Made by a program: the position numbers and the translations under genes | In this document: piece after piece, positions 36,659 through 46,721 of the stretch | Layout of the letters: every line of letters starts with the position of its first letter | Position numbering within the stretch: the first letter of the stretch is position 1 | Notes under the pieces: model-generated | Databases searched by the model: none | Seen by the model: only the letters and a program-made list of their open reading frames with translations | What the model was told of the DNA's origin: nothing | Assembly (NCBI GenBank): GCA_944351395.1 | Contig: CALVPP010000001.1 | Span: forward strand, 7,293 to 71,292 | Length of the DNA: 64,000 nucleotides | Source: an uncultured Bacilli bacterium | GTDB lineage: Bacteria > Bacillota_I > Bacilli_A > RFN20 > CAG-826 | Direction: 5' to 3'

Positions 36659-37969
36659 ATGAAAAGAACTTATTTCCTCAGAACTATTTTAGTTCCTTTA
36701 TTTTGCTTACTTTCAGTCAATAGCGTTACATCTTGCGATAATATTTCAGACAACTGGGTTGTTCCTTATGAAGATGATGGAACTTTAATTGGTGAAGAAA
36801 TTATTAATTTATTTGACGGTGATACGTATCAACTACACCTTTACAATAATGGACAACCTATTGAATGGAGTTGTAACTTCGTTCATATTGATGGATATAT
36901 AGGATCGTTTGAAAATACTGTTGTCAGTTCTGATGGCTTAGTGACTATACCAGACGGTATGTCCGATATATATAAAGAATTGCACATTACTGCCACCTGT
37001 GGTGAAGTATCAGATTATGTGGTCATATACGTCATGGTAGATGAAGATTTAAAATATGGTGATTTCTATACTCAACCAACAATATACGATCGAGGGTATG
37101 AAACTAAAATAAGAGTTGGCGAAAAAGTTCTCTTAAGAATGGGCGGGAACATATATGATGATTTATATTATTCTGGAGAAGTAATTGATTATAGGTGGAT
37201 GTATGGTGCTACGTATAGAATTATCGATGGCGCCGAACACGTGAAATTCGAAAGAAATCAAATTACTGCTTTAAGTCCAGGAACATTTACTGTCATTGGC
37301 GGCATTAACGGTTTTCATATTAGCGAGCCGACGACGTTTACTATCGTTGATACACCAACATATCCTAGCACAATTACAGAGGATATAGACATAAAGGTTG
37401 ATGAGTATCGCGTCATTTATGATGAACAATCAGAAAAAGATGATTACTTAATTGATTACGAAATATCTGACGATAAATATGCAGATTATATTTTTCCTCG
37501 TTTGATAGAATCAACCGGATTAGTAACTTTTCAAGATTTGCATGCGTTCCCCACATACATAGATGGTGACTCACCATTTTTTGCTAATTCTTATCAAATG
37601 TCTACTTTTGTACTAGAAGTAAAAGATATTGATGGTAATGTTTTTACTTCTAACCCCATAAAAATTTATCATATTTATTTTTATCTAAATGATGCATATC
37701 AAATAGATATTGAAGGTCCTATAGAAATGAGAGTAGGCGAAAGCGAGGAAGTGGATTTTACTATTTATCCCTACAATGGTTATGCATATTTGGAATTCGA
37801 ATGTTTAAATGATCCAGACGCTTTTGTTTTTAATTATAACTATATGACCGCTTTGAAGGCGGGCGAATTTGATGTACAAGTAAAAGTAATTAATGACAAA
37901 TACAATCATATTGAAACAGAAGATAATACAGTGAGAAGCAACATCATCAAAGTATATGTAACCGAGTAA
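36659..37969 (+). CDS. Hypothetical lipoprotein (Tyr/Asp-rich, likely beta-rich surface protein)
   Basis: The signal peptide plus lipobox is MKRTYFLRTILVPLFCLLSVNSVTSC. The ORF track starts 17 codons upstream. Confidence 0.5.
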   Translation: MKRTYFLRTILVPLFCLLSVNSVTSCDNISDNWVVPYEDDGTLIGEEIINLFDGDTYQLHLYNNGQPIEWSCNFVHIDGYIGSFENTVVSSDGLVTIPDGMSDIYKELHITATCGEVSDYVVIYVMVDEDLKYGDFYTQPTIYDRGYETKIRVGEKVLLRMGGNIYDDLYYSGEVIDYRWMYGATYRIIDGAEHVKFERNQITALSPGTFTVIGGINGFHISEPTTFTIVDTPTYPSTITEDIDIKVDEYRVIYDEQSEKDDYLIDYEISDDKYADYIFPRLIESTGLVTFQDLHAFPTYIDGDSPFFANSYQMSTFVLEVKDIDGNVFTSNPIKIYHIYFYLNDAYQIDIEGPIEMRVGESEEVDFTIYPYNGYAYLEFECLNDPDAFVFNYNYMTALKAGEFDVQVKVINDKYNHIETEDNTVRSNIIKVYVTE

Positions 37970-38031
37970 ATTTATTTTGTTCTTCGTTGAAATTTAGTGT
38001 CTTTTTATGCATCTTATCGCATAATTTATAT

Positions 38032-39267
38032 ATGACAAAAATTGCTAATCCAATTTATGAAGATGTTAGGCATAACAAGATAGAATTATTTAATACCGAT
38101 GAAATTAAATTAGAAGCTAAAAGATGTTTAGGATGCAAGAATCATCCTTGTTCTTTAGCGTGCCCTATTCAAAATGAACCACATCATTTTATCGACTTAA
38201 TTAAAAATGATAAAGAGGAAGAAGGGGCAAAATTTGTCTACGATAAAAATGCTTTTTCATCAATTTGCGGAATGATATGTCCTAGTTCTAAATATTGTGA
38301 GGCTAGTTGTCTTAGAGGCAAAATTGATAAACCTATTGAAATTAGAAAATTACATTTATATTTAGCAAACTTAAATGATAGAAAAGATAAGCCGCATCTT
38401 AAGCCTTTAATAGGCAAAAATGTCGCCATTATTGGTGGCGGTCCAGTAGGAGTTTATATCGCTCATAAATTATCTATAGATGGGGTAAATGCAGAGATTT
38501 TTGAATCTTTACCTTACTTAGGTGGAGCGTTAAAAGAGCAAATTCCTACCTTTAGATTAGACAAAAATACGATTAAAAAAGATTTTGATTATTTATTGAA
38601 TAATCGCATTAAAGTGCATCTTAATATGTCTTTTGGTAAAGATATCAAATTTAATGAATTGAAGGCGAAATATGATGCAATTGTTTTTGCTATTGGTATG
38701 CACGAAGCTCGTATCTATGATTTCATGAAGGGACATCCAAAAGTAATTTTAGCCCAAGATTTTTTAAGGAAGATGAGGCACGATGAGATAGTTGATGCTT
38801 ATGAGCGTATAGTCGTCATCGGCGGGAGCGATGTGGCGATGGATTGTATCGCTAGCGCTAAATATGTTGCTAAAGAAGTTTATGGTGTATATCGAAGGGA
38901 AAAAGAAAGATTAAGAGCGAATGAAGAAGAAAAGCGATTAGCATTTCAAGTCGTCGATAAATATATTTTTAATCGAACACCTTTACGATTTGATGAATTT
39001 AATAACATGGTTTTCAAAGATTATTATGGCGATGAAGAAGAAACTATTTCTGCTGACCTTTATATTCTCGCTATCGGGACGATGAATGATGAAAAAGCAT
39101 TAGAAAATATCTTCGATTTTAAAGACAATAACATCGTTTCAAAGTGTGATGATAAAGTATTTTACGCTGGTGATATGGACGCGAAAGATAAGACTCTTGT
39201 CAGCGCTTTACAAAGCGCGAACGTTTGCTTAAAAAACCTGTATCATTTTTTAAGAATAGATGACTAA
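38032..39267 (+). CDS. Second glutamate-synthase-beta/PreT-like NAD(P)H oxidoreductase, hydrogenase-associated
   Basis: It is paralogous to 33937..35166, sharing CLGCKNHPCSLACP and VAIIGGGPVG. The start is uncertain: ATG at 38032 or TTG at 37987. Confidence 0.6.
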   Translation: MTKIANPIYEDVRHNKIELFNTDEIKLEAKRCLGCKNHPCSLACPIQNEPHHFIDLIKNDKEEEGAKFVYDKNAFSSICGMICPSSKYCEASCLRGKIDKPIEIRKLHLYLANLNDRKDKPHLKPLIGKNVAIIGGGPVGVYIAHKLSIDGVNAEIFESLPYLGGALKEQIPTFRLDKNTIKKDFDYLLNNRIKVHLNMSFGKDIKFNELKAKYDAIVFAIGMHEARIYDFMKGHPKVILAQDFLRKMRHDEIVDAYERIVVIGGSDVAMDCIASAKYVAKEVYGVYRREKERLRANEEEKRLAFQVVDKYIFNRTPLRFDEFNNMVFKDYYGDEEETISADLYILAIGTMNDEKALENIFDFKDNNIVSKCDDKVFYAGDMDAKDKTLVSALQSANVCLKNLYHFLRIDD

Positions 39268-39338
39268 TTATCTAAATTTAAAACTAGTGTTTTTGTTTAA
39301 ATGTTGTTTGCTGTTTTTACATGTGTAGTGTGACTTTT

Positions 39339-39367
39339 TTGACTGTCATAATTAAATGTAGTAAAAG
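39339..39367 (+). promoter_or_regulatory. Possible promoter for hydrogenase genes
   Basis: TTGACT, a 17-nt spacer, then TAAAAG. The -10 element is weak. Confidence 0.25.
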
Positions 39368-39433
39368 TAAATACAATAATTTATAATTATTTTGTTTGTA
39401 ACATGCTTATCTATTCTAGGAGGTAATAAGTAC

Positions 39434-39928
39434 ATGGCAACTATATCCGCTGGGGCGAAGAAGCGCATCTTAGAAATTTGTGCGCAATACAAAAATGAAC
39501 CGACCCCTCTCATCATGATTTTAAGTGAAGTACAAAACGAGTTTGGTTACGTTCCTCTCGAAGTACAAGAAATCATCGCTAGTGAACTTGATATTCCAGT
39601 GTCTGATGTCTATGGTGTCGTCACTTTCTATGCTTTCTTTTCTCTTAAACCAAAAGGTAAATATGTCATCGGTGTCTGTTTAGGCACAGCTTGCTACGTA
39701 AAAGGTAGTCAACAAGTCATCGATAAATTTGCTGAACTTTTAGATACTAAGCCGGGTGGAACGAGCGAAGATGGTCTTTTCTCACTCGACGCTTTGCGTT
39801 GTATTGGTGCGTGCGGTATTGCGCCAGCAGTCAACGTAAATGGTAAAGTTTATCCGAAAGTTACTGTCGCACAAGTTCCTCAAATCATCGAAGAATATCG
39901 TAAATTAGAAGAAGGAGAATCACTATGA
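39434..39928 (+). CDS. hydC: NuoE-like thioredoxin-fold [2Fe-2S] subunit of multimeric [FeFe] hydrogenase (HydC/HndA-type)
   Basis: 164 aa with cluster motifs CLGTAC...CIGACG. RBS AGGAGG precedes the ATG at 39434. Confidence 0.75.
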   Translation: MATISAGAKKRILEICAQYKNEPTPLIMILSEVQNEFGYVPLEVQEIIASELDIPVSDVYGVVTFYAFFSLKPKGKYVIGVCLGTACYVKGSQQVIDKFAELLDTKPGGTSEDGLFSLDALRCIGACGIAPAVNVNGKVYPKVTVAQVPQIIEEYRKLEEGESL

Positions 39929-41790
39929 TTGACTCAGTCAAAAAATTAGATGAAAAGATTGCCCATTGTTCGAGTTGTCTTAAGAAAAAAATCGAAGGCT
40001 TAGATGGTAAAAGAGCGGTCGTCGTCTGTGGAGGCACAGGTTGTATGGCATCTCACTCAGAAGAAATATTACAAGAATTTCAAAAATTAATTGCTGAATA
40101 TAATCTAGAAGACGAAGTAAGTGTCAATCACGTCGGTTGTTTTGGTTTCTGTAGTCAAGGACCATTCGTCAAAATCTTCCCCGAAGATACTTTATATCAT
40201 GCAGTGAAAGTAGAAGATGTTAAGAAGATTGTCGAACAAGATCTATTAAACCATCAAGTAGTGGAAGAACTATTTTATGTCGACCCCAATACACATGAAA
40301 AAGTTCAAAGACAAGATGATATAAACTTCTATAAGAAACAAGTACGTCTTGCTTTACATGGCTGTGGTCATATCGATCCAGAAAATATTGATGAAGCATT
40401 AGGTTATGGCGCTTTTAAAGGATTAGAAAAAGCACTTAGCATGAAGCCACAAGAGGTCATCGATCTCATTCTTAAGAGCGGTCTTCGTGGTCGTGGTGGG
40501 GCCGGCTTCCCAACTGGTCGTAAGTGGCAATTTGCTTACGATCAAAAAAATGATACGAAATATGTCGTCTGTAACGGCGATGAAGGTGATCCAGGGGCAT
40601 TCATGGATCGTTCCATATTAGAAGGAAACCCGCTAAACGTCATCGAAGGTATGATGATTGCGGGGTACGCTATCGGGGCGAACAATGGTTATTTTTACGT
40701 TCGTGCTGAATATCCTATCGCTGTCAAACGTTTAAGAATTGCTATCAAAGAAGCAGAAGAGTTGGGTTTAATTGGCGACCATATTTTAGGCACTGATTTT
40801 AGTTTCCATGTACATATTAGATTAGGTGCAGGTGCCTTCGTCTGTGGCGAAGAAACAGCCTTATTAAATTCTATCGAAGGTAAACGTGGTATGCCTCGTC
40901 CTAGACCTCCGTTTCCTGCTATTAGTGGTCTATGGGGGAAACCTACCATCATTAACAATGTCGAAACTTTAGCATGTGTTCCTTACATCTTGCGTGAAGG
41001 GTTAGAAAATTTCACAAAATATGGTACGGAAAAATCTAAAGGTACGAAAGTGTTCGCTTTAGGTGGAAAGATCAACAATGTCGGTCTTGTCGAAGTGCCG
41101 ATGGGTACGACATTAAGAGAACTTATTTTCGATATCGGTGGTGGTATCCCGAATGGTAAGAAATTTAAAGCTATTCAAACTGGTGGACCATCGGGTGGTT
41201 GCTTAACCGAAAAAGATTTAGATACACCTATTGATTTCGATAACTTAGTAGCCAAAGGTTCAATGATGGGTTCTGGTGGCGCTATCGTGATGGATGAAGA
41301 TAACTGTATGGTCGACGTCGCAAAATTCTACATGGAATTTATTTGTGATGAATCATGTGGTAAGTGTTCTCCTTGTCGAATCGGAACTAAGCGTATATTA
41401 GAAATTTTGAATAAGATTGTTCGTGGTAATGGAACAAGACAAGATTTAGATGATTTATTACATTTATCGAAGACGATTAAGGCAGGCTCATTATGTGGTT
41501 TAGGACAAACAGCTGCTAATCCGATTTTATCGACGACTGCTAATTTCATGGATGAATATTTAGAACATATCGATGAGAAGAAATGTCGTGCTCATGTTTG
41601 CAAACATCTCATGAAATTTAAAGTAGTGCCTGAACTTTGTAAAAAATGTTCTCTCTGCGCACGTAATTGTCCTGTTTCCGCCATCAGCGGTGTAGTTGGT
41701 AAAGAACCATTTGTCATCGACCAAGACAAATGTATTAAGTGCGGTATGTGTTTCAGTGCTTGCCGCTTCAAAGCTATCGTGAAGGAATAA
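39925..41790 (+). CDS. hydB: NuoF-like NAD(P)H-binding flavoprotein subunit of [FeFe] hydrogenase (HydB/HndC-type)
   Basis: 621 aa. It has an N-terminal Trx-like 2Fe-2S domain, the FMN/NADH motif GLRGRGGAGFPTG, the 51-kDa-type cluster CGKCSPCR, and two C-terminal ferredoxin motifs. Confidence 0.8.
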   Translation: MIDSVKKLDEKIAHCSSCLKKKIEGLDGKRAVVVCGGTGCMASHSEEILQEFQKLIAEYNLEDEVSVNHVGCFGFCSQGPFVKIFPEDTLYHAVKVEDVKKIVEQDLLNHQVVEELFYVDPNTHEKVQRQDDINFYKKQVRLALHGCGHIDPENIDEALGYGAFKGLEKALSMKPQEVIDLILKSGLRGRGGAGFPTGRKWQFAYDQKNDTKYVVCNGDEGDPGAFMDRSILEGNPLNVIEGMMIAGYAIGANNGYFYVRAEYPIAVKRLRIAIKEAEELGLIGDHILGTDFSFHVHIRLGAGAFVCGEETALLNSIEGKRGMPRPRPPFPAISGLWGKPTIINNVETLACVPYILREGLENFTKYGTEKSKGTKVFALGGKINNVGLVEVPMGTTLRELIFDIGGGIPNGKKFKAIQTGGPSGGCLTEKDLDTPIDFDNLVAKGSMMGSGGAIVMDEDNCMVDVAKFYMEFICDESCGKCSPCRIGTKRILEILNKIVRGNGTRQDLDDLLHLSKTIKAGSLCGLGQTAANPILSTTANFMDEYLEHIDEKKCRAHVCKHLMKFKVVPELCKKCSLCARNCPVSAISGVVGKEPFVIDQDKCIKCGMCFSACRFKAIVKE

Positions 41791-41809
41791 GTTGCGGAGG
41801 ATAAAATAT

Positions 41810-43591
41810 ATGGCATTAGTAAATATTAAAATTGAAGGTCATCCTTATCAAGTTGAAGAAGGATTAACTATTTTAGAGGCTTGCCGTTCCGTCGGTTATC
41901 GTGTTCCTTCTTTGTGTACATTCAACCATGGACAATGTTCCAAAGCGTCGTGTCGTGTTTGTCTCGTCGCTGTTAAAGGTGCAAGAGGATTAGTTGCATC
42001 TTGTGTTTACCCAGTTAATGAAGGCATGGAAATATCTATTGCTGATCAAAACGCGATGGAAGCAAGAAGAGCAAATGTCGAATTGTTATTATCGAATCAT
42101 AACATGAATTGTCAACAATGCGAAAAAAATGGTCATTGTGAACTTTTAGAGGTAGCAAAAATTGTCGGCGCTAGAGAAGGAATGTATCAAGGCGAAAAGA
42201 CACCTACTACTTTCGATAACCTTGCACCATCTCTCGTAAGAGATACTTCTAAATGTATTTTATGTGGTCGTTGTATTGAAAGATGTAAAGATGCACAAGG
42301 CATCGGTATCTTAGGTTTTGAAAATCGTGGTTTTAATACGATTGTCGGACCAAGTGGTAATAGAAGTTTTGCGACCTCTCCTTGTATTCAATGTGGTCAA
42401 TGTGTGAATGTCTGTCCTACAGGCGCACTCATGGAACATAGCGAAATCGATTTAGTTGATAAAGCATTTAAAGAAGGCAAAAAAGTTATCGTCCAAACTG
42501 CTCCAGCTGTAAGAGCCGCCATCGCTGAAGAGTTCGGTGCTAAAATTGGCACAGTTGGTACTGGTAAGATGGTTGCTGCACTTCATAGATTAGGGTTCTA
42601 TCGTGTTTTTGATACGAACTTTGGTGCGGATTTAACAATTATGGAAGAAGCCTACGAATTACTAGGCAGAATTCAAAATGGTGGGGTTTTGCCTCAAATA
42701 ACGTCCTGTTCTCCTGGCTGGGTTAATTATTTAGAATACTATTATCCTGAAGTTATTCCTCATGTTTCATCTTGTAAATCACCACACGAGATGCTCGGCG
42801 CAATCATTAAATCTTATTATGCGAAAAAGCATGATATCGATCCTAAAGATTTATTCGTCGTGAGCATCATGCCTTGCGTCGCTAAAAAGTATGAAAAAGA
42901 TCGTCCTGCAAATCGAGCAGTGGATGGTTTAAAAGATGTAGATGCCGTTCTTACGACACGCGAACTCGCTAAGATGATTAAACGTGCTGGTATCGACTGG
43001 AACTATTTACCAGAAGAAGAATTTGATCAAGATTTACTAGGTGAATATACTGGTGCTGGTGTCATCTTTGGCGTCACTGGTGGTGTCATGGAAGCGGCTT
43101 TACGTACAGCTTATTTCGCTCTTACTGGTGAAGAATATCCTAAGATTGAATTCAAGGAAGTTAGAAATGTTTCTTTGTTTAAAGAAGCGACGATTAAAAT
43201 GGGTGATCAAGAGGTGCGTATTGCTGCCGTCAGCGGTATGAAAAACGCTAAACCATTATTAGAAGATGTAAAAAATGGTAAATCACCATATCACTTCATC
43301 GAGATCATGGGCTGTCCTGGTGGTTGTATCAATGGTGGCGGTCAACCTTATGTCCATCCAAATTTATTGCCGAATGAAGATGCGAATATTTTAGATACTT
43401 ATATCGCTAAACGTGCAAGCGTCCTCTATAGCGAAGATGAACGTTTGGTATTACGCCAATCACATAACAATCCTGACATTAAGAAACTTTATAAAGATTA
43501 TTTAGGCGAACCTTGTTCGCATCTCGCTCATGAATTGCTCCACACGACATACGAAGCAAATCGCGAGAAATATCCGCAGGTGAAAAAATAA
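41810..43591 (+). CDS. hydA: [FeFe] hydrogenase catalytic subunit HydA (M3-type domain architecture)
   Basis: It has an N-terminal 2Fe-2S ferredoxin, a His-ligated 4Fe-4S site and 2x[4Fe-4S]. H-cluster motifs L2 MPCVAKKYE and L3 EIMGCPGGCINGGGQP are canonical. L1 reads TSCSPGW where TSCCPxW is canonical. RBS GGAGG. Confidence 0.85.
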   Translation: MALVNIKIEGHPYQVEEGLTILEACRSVGYRVPSLCTFNHGQCSKASCRVCLVAVKGARGLVASCVYPVNEGMEISIADQNAMEARRANVELLLSNHNMNCQQCEKNGHCELLEVAKIVGAREGMYQGEKTPTTFDNLAPSLVRDTSKCILCGRCIERCKDAQGIGILGFENRGFNTIVGPSGNRSFATSPCIQCGQCVNVCPTGALMEHSEIDLVDKAFKEGKKVIVQTAPAVRAAIAEEFGAKIGTVGTGKMVAALHRLGFYRVFDTNFGADLTIMEEAYELLGRIQNGGVLPQITSCSPGWVNYLEYYYPEVIPHVSSCKSPHEMLGAIIKSYYAKKHDIDPKDLFVVSIMPCVAKKYEKDRPANRAVDGLKDVDAVLTTRELAKMIKRAGIDWNYLPEEEFDQDLLGEYTGAGVIFGVTGGVMEAALRTAYFALTGEEYPKIEFKEVRNVSLFKEATIKMGDQEVRIAAVSGMKNAKPLLEDVKNGKSPYHFIEIMGCPGGCINGGGQPYVHPNLLPNEDANILDTYIAKRASVLYSEDERLVLRQSHNNPDIKKLYKDYLGEPCSHLAHELLHTTYEANREKYPQVKK

Positions 43592-43593
43592 TT

Positions 43594-44277
43594 ATGATTA
43601 AAAACGTCATCTTTGACTTAGATGGCACTTTGCTCGATACGATGAATGACATGCTCCTAGCTTTAAATTTGGCTGAGGAGCATGTTTTTGGTAAAAAAAG
43701 ACTACATAATTTTAAAAGAGGCGATGGTATTTTTCTTTATGGTAATGGACAAAATGTTCTCGTAAGACGTGCCTTAGATATGATGCGAGTTTATGATGAG
43801 GCGAAAGGACAAGAATTTAAAGAAACTTTCTTTAAACTTTACGAAGAAAAATCTAATACGAGGACAAGAGTGTATCCTGGAATTGTTGAAACCTTATTAG
43901 CGCTTAAAGAACGACACATTCGCTGTTTCATCGTCTCTAATAAGCCGATTCGTATTCTTACTCGCGCTGTAAAAAAATATTTTACTGACGGTCTCATTGT
44001 CGATTTTGTCGGAAATGAAGAAGGATTATATTTAAAGCCTGATGCTAGAGCGTTATCTCCTCTTGTAGAGAAATATGATTTAAAAATTAGTGAATCTCTT
44101 TACGTAGGTGATTCTCTCGTCGATTATGAATTTGCTATGAATACAAAGATGAAATTATGTCTTGTAACTTATGGTTATGAACTAAAAAACAACATTCACG
44201 TTCTTAAAAATTGTTATAAAGTTAAAGACGCCTTTGACATCATTGAAGTAGTGGATCAACTCAATTCATATGAATAA
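43594..44277 (+). CDS. HAD-superfamily hydrolase
   Basis: DLDGTLLDT motif I. 227 aa. Confidence 0.7.
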   Translation: MIKNVIFDLDGTLLDTMNDMLLALNLAEEHVFGKKRLHNFKRGDGIFLYGNGQNVLVRRALDMMRVYDEAKGQEFKETFFKLYEEKSNTRTRVYPGIVETLLALKERHIRCFIVSNKPIRILTRAVKKYFTDGLIVDFVGNEEGLYLKPDARALSPLVEKYDLKISESLYVGDSLVDYEFAMNTKMKLCLVTYGYELKNNIHVLKNCYKVKDAFDIIEVVDQLNSYE

Positions 44278-44352
44278 TATATTTTGTTAACAATAACATT
44301 ACTTTATATCGCATATCTTTTATGCTATTTTGAATTTGTGGAGGTTAAAAAT

Positions 44353-45252
44353 ATGAAAAAACAATTACTTATCACGTCTTTAAGTTTTTTAGGCATCACT
44401 TTAGCGAGTTGTAGTCCAACAGGTTTGACTTTGAAAGCAGAATTACCAGATATTCCTAATGCCACTCCTATGGAACAATCGCGTGCGTTAGAAACATTAA
44501 ATACCCTAAATGAAGAAGCAAAGAATGTTCGTTACGTCATTTATGAAGTAGAAAATGAATTATATCAGAGTGCTTCAGTATATGGTCCAGCAAGTTATGG
44601 ATATTCAAAAGGATCTGGTGCAATCGATTTAGTAGAAGAAATATCTACCATGTCAGCAGTCCTTGACGTTAGCGGAATCCATATGGAAGCGTCAGGAACG
44701 GTTTTCGCTAATGATGGCACGTATTATCCCCTAGAGGAAGTAAATTATGTCTGTACGACATCATATAAAATGTCTTTTACATATGGTGGTGAAACTCATT
44801 ACCAAGAACAAAATATGGTTATGGGTATATCTACAAAATACGATTTTGCAGCCATATGCGATTATAGTCCTTACGTTTTATTAGACGAAGAAAATGGTAA
44901 TATCGTCACTTCTTCTTTCACAGGAACAACTGATAGCAAATCTTTAGGATGGTTCGTCACGATTAATGATGTCACTCTTGCAGAATTTTATATGGAGTGG
45001 TCAGGTGCTTATATCGATGGTTTATTAACTTCACAAACTATCGTCCAGCACGCGAATGTTTTAGGTTTTAGTATCGATTCAGCCGCTCGCTATAGTTATT
45101 CTTATCCGACGTCAATTGAACCTATCACTGTGCCTTCTATTGATGCTACTTGGTATGATTTAGGTAAATATAATCTTGATGATTTATTAGAATATATTTA
45201 CGATAATCCGATGGATGATCAAACAGGTCTTCCTGCACAATTAATGTTTTAG
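44353..45252 (+). CDS. Hypothetical lipoprotein
   Basis: The signal peptide plus lipobox is MKKQLLITSLSFLGITLASC. RBS GGAGG. The ORF track start is upstream. Confidence 0.5.
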   Translation: MKKQLLITSLSFLGITLASCSPTGLTLKAELPDIPNATPMEQSRALETLNTLNEEAKNVRYVIYEVENELYQSASVYGPASYGYSKGSGAIDLVEEISTMSAVLDVSGIHMEASGTVFANDGTYYPLEEVNYVCTTSYKMSFTYGGETHYQEQNMVMGISTKYDFAAICDYSPYVLLDEENGNIVTSSFTGTTDSKSLGWFVTINDVTLAEFYMEWSGAYIDGLLTSQTIVQHANVLGFSIDSAARYSYSYPTSIEPITVPSIDATWYDLGKYNLDDLLEYIYDNPMDDQTGLPAQLMF

Positions 45253-45353
45253 ATGTATCTTAAACAATTTTAAGTGCACAAATTTAATCATGTCGACTGA
45301 CTTTATTTTTAAATAACTACTATTTCACTATAAATTTATTTAAAATAGATGGC

Positions 45354-46703
45354 ATGAAAGATATTTATCTATTTAATTCTTTAACGAACAAAAAAGAAAA
45401 GCTCATTCCATTAATTGATGGAAACATTTCGATGTATGTCTGTGGGCCGACAGTTTATGATGAACCGCACATTGGTAATTTAAGACCTCCTATCGTTTTT
45501 GACGTTTATTACCGTCTATTCTCATATTTAGGTTATAAGGTAACTTATGTTTCAAATTACACGGATGTTGATGATAAAATCATCAATAGAGCAAAAGAGT
45601 TAGGTGTTCATCCTTTAAATTTGTCTAAAAAATATATTGAAGTGTTTCAAAATATAAGAGAAAAACTTCATGTCATAACCCCAACTTATACACCAAAAGT
45701 AAGCGAACACATTGAAGATATCATCGATTATATTTCTAAATTAATTGATAAAGGTTTTGCTTATGAAGTAGATGGCGATGTCTATTTTGACGTATCAAAA
45801 ATTGATGATTACCTATGTTTATCAAAGATGAGACGTGATGATTTGATTAGTGGGGCTAGAATTGAAATCAATGACAAAAAAAGAAATCCACTAGATTTTG
45901 CTCTTTGGAAAAAGACTAATGAAGATTTTAATTGGCTTTCACCTTGGTCTAAGGGTAGACCAGGATGGCATACAGAGTGTGTTGTTTTCATCGATAAGAT
46001 ATTTGCTTCTCAAGATGGGTTCATCGATATTCATGGTGGTGGTTTTGATCTTAAATTCCCACATCACGATAATGAGATTGCTCAAGCTTTAGCGATGCAC
46101 GGTCATCATCTTGCTAAGTATTGGTTGCATAATGGTTTCATCACCTTTGGTGAAGCAGAGAAGATGAGCAAGTCTTTAGGCAACGTCATCACTATTTCTG
46201 CTTGTTTAGATAAGTATGACGCAAATGTCATACGCACATTTATTTTGTCTAGTTCCTATAGAGCACCAATCGCTTATAATGACATGAATTTAAATAACGC
46301 AATTAACACGTTTGAACGAATTAAAAATACATATCGTTCATTAAGATTACGTTTGGCATTTTTAGACATCGATTATCATTACGCTCCATCTTTTGATATT
46401 GATGAATTTATCACCGCTTTATGTGACGATTTGAATACTCCTAACGCTTTTAAAGCTATGTTTGATTTAATTAAAGAAATTAATACTTACTTACATCGTG
46501 GATTAGATGAAGTGGACAAACTCAAATTATATTTATCCAAATTTGATACGATGATGAATTTATTTGGTTATAAAGTTGATATTCCTCTTATTTCAAAAGA
46601 TGAAAAATTACTCTATAATAAATATATAGAGGCTAAAAAGAACAAAGATTTCGCTACAAGCGACGCTTTGAGGTCTCTTTTAGTCGCTAAAGGTCTCTAT
46701 TAA
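45354..46703 (+). CDS. cysS: Cysteine--tRNA ligase
   Basis: HIGN and KMSKS motifs. 449 aa. Confidence 0.93.
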   Translation: MKDIYLFNSLTNKKEKLIPLIDGNISMYVCGPTVYDEPHIGNLRPPIVFDVYYRLFSYLGYKVTYVSNYTDVDDKIINRAKELGVHPLNLSKKYIEVFQNIREKLHVITPTYTPKVSEHIEDIIDYISKLIDKGFAYEVDGDVYFDVSKIDDYLCLSKMRRDDLISGARIEINDKKRNPLDFALWKKTNEDFNWLSPWSKGRPGWHTECVVFIDKIFASQDGFIDIHGGGFDLKFPHHDNEIAQALAMHGHHLAKYWLHNGFITFGEAEKMSKSLGNVITISACLDKYDANVIRTFILSSSYRAPIAYNDMNLNNAINTFERIKNTYRSLRLRLAFLDIDYHYAPSFDIDEFITALCDDLNTPNAFKAMFDLIKEINTYLHRGLDEVDKLKLYLSKFDTMMNLFGYKVDIPLISKDEKLLYNKYIEAKKNKDFATSDALRSLLVAKGLY

Positions 46704-46721
46704 TATTTAGGAAGAAGAAAC

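Noticed and set aside
45253-45353. Possible T-box leader upstream of cysS
   Set aside because: The gap is only about 100 nt and lacks the T-box consensus (AGGGUGGNACCGCG) and a specifier stem. It is too short for a T-box riboswitch.
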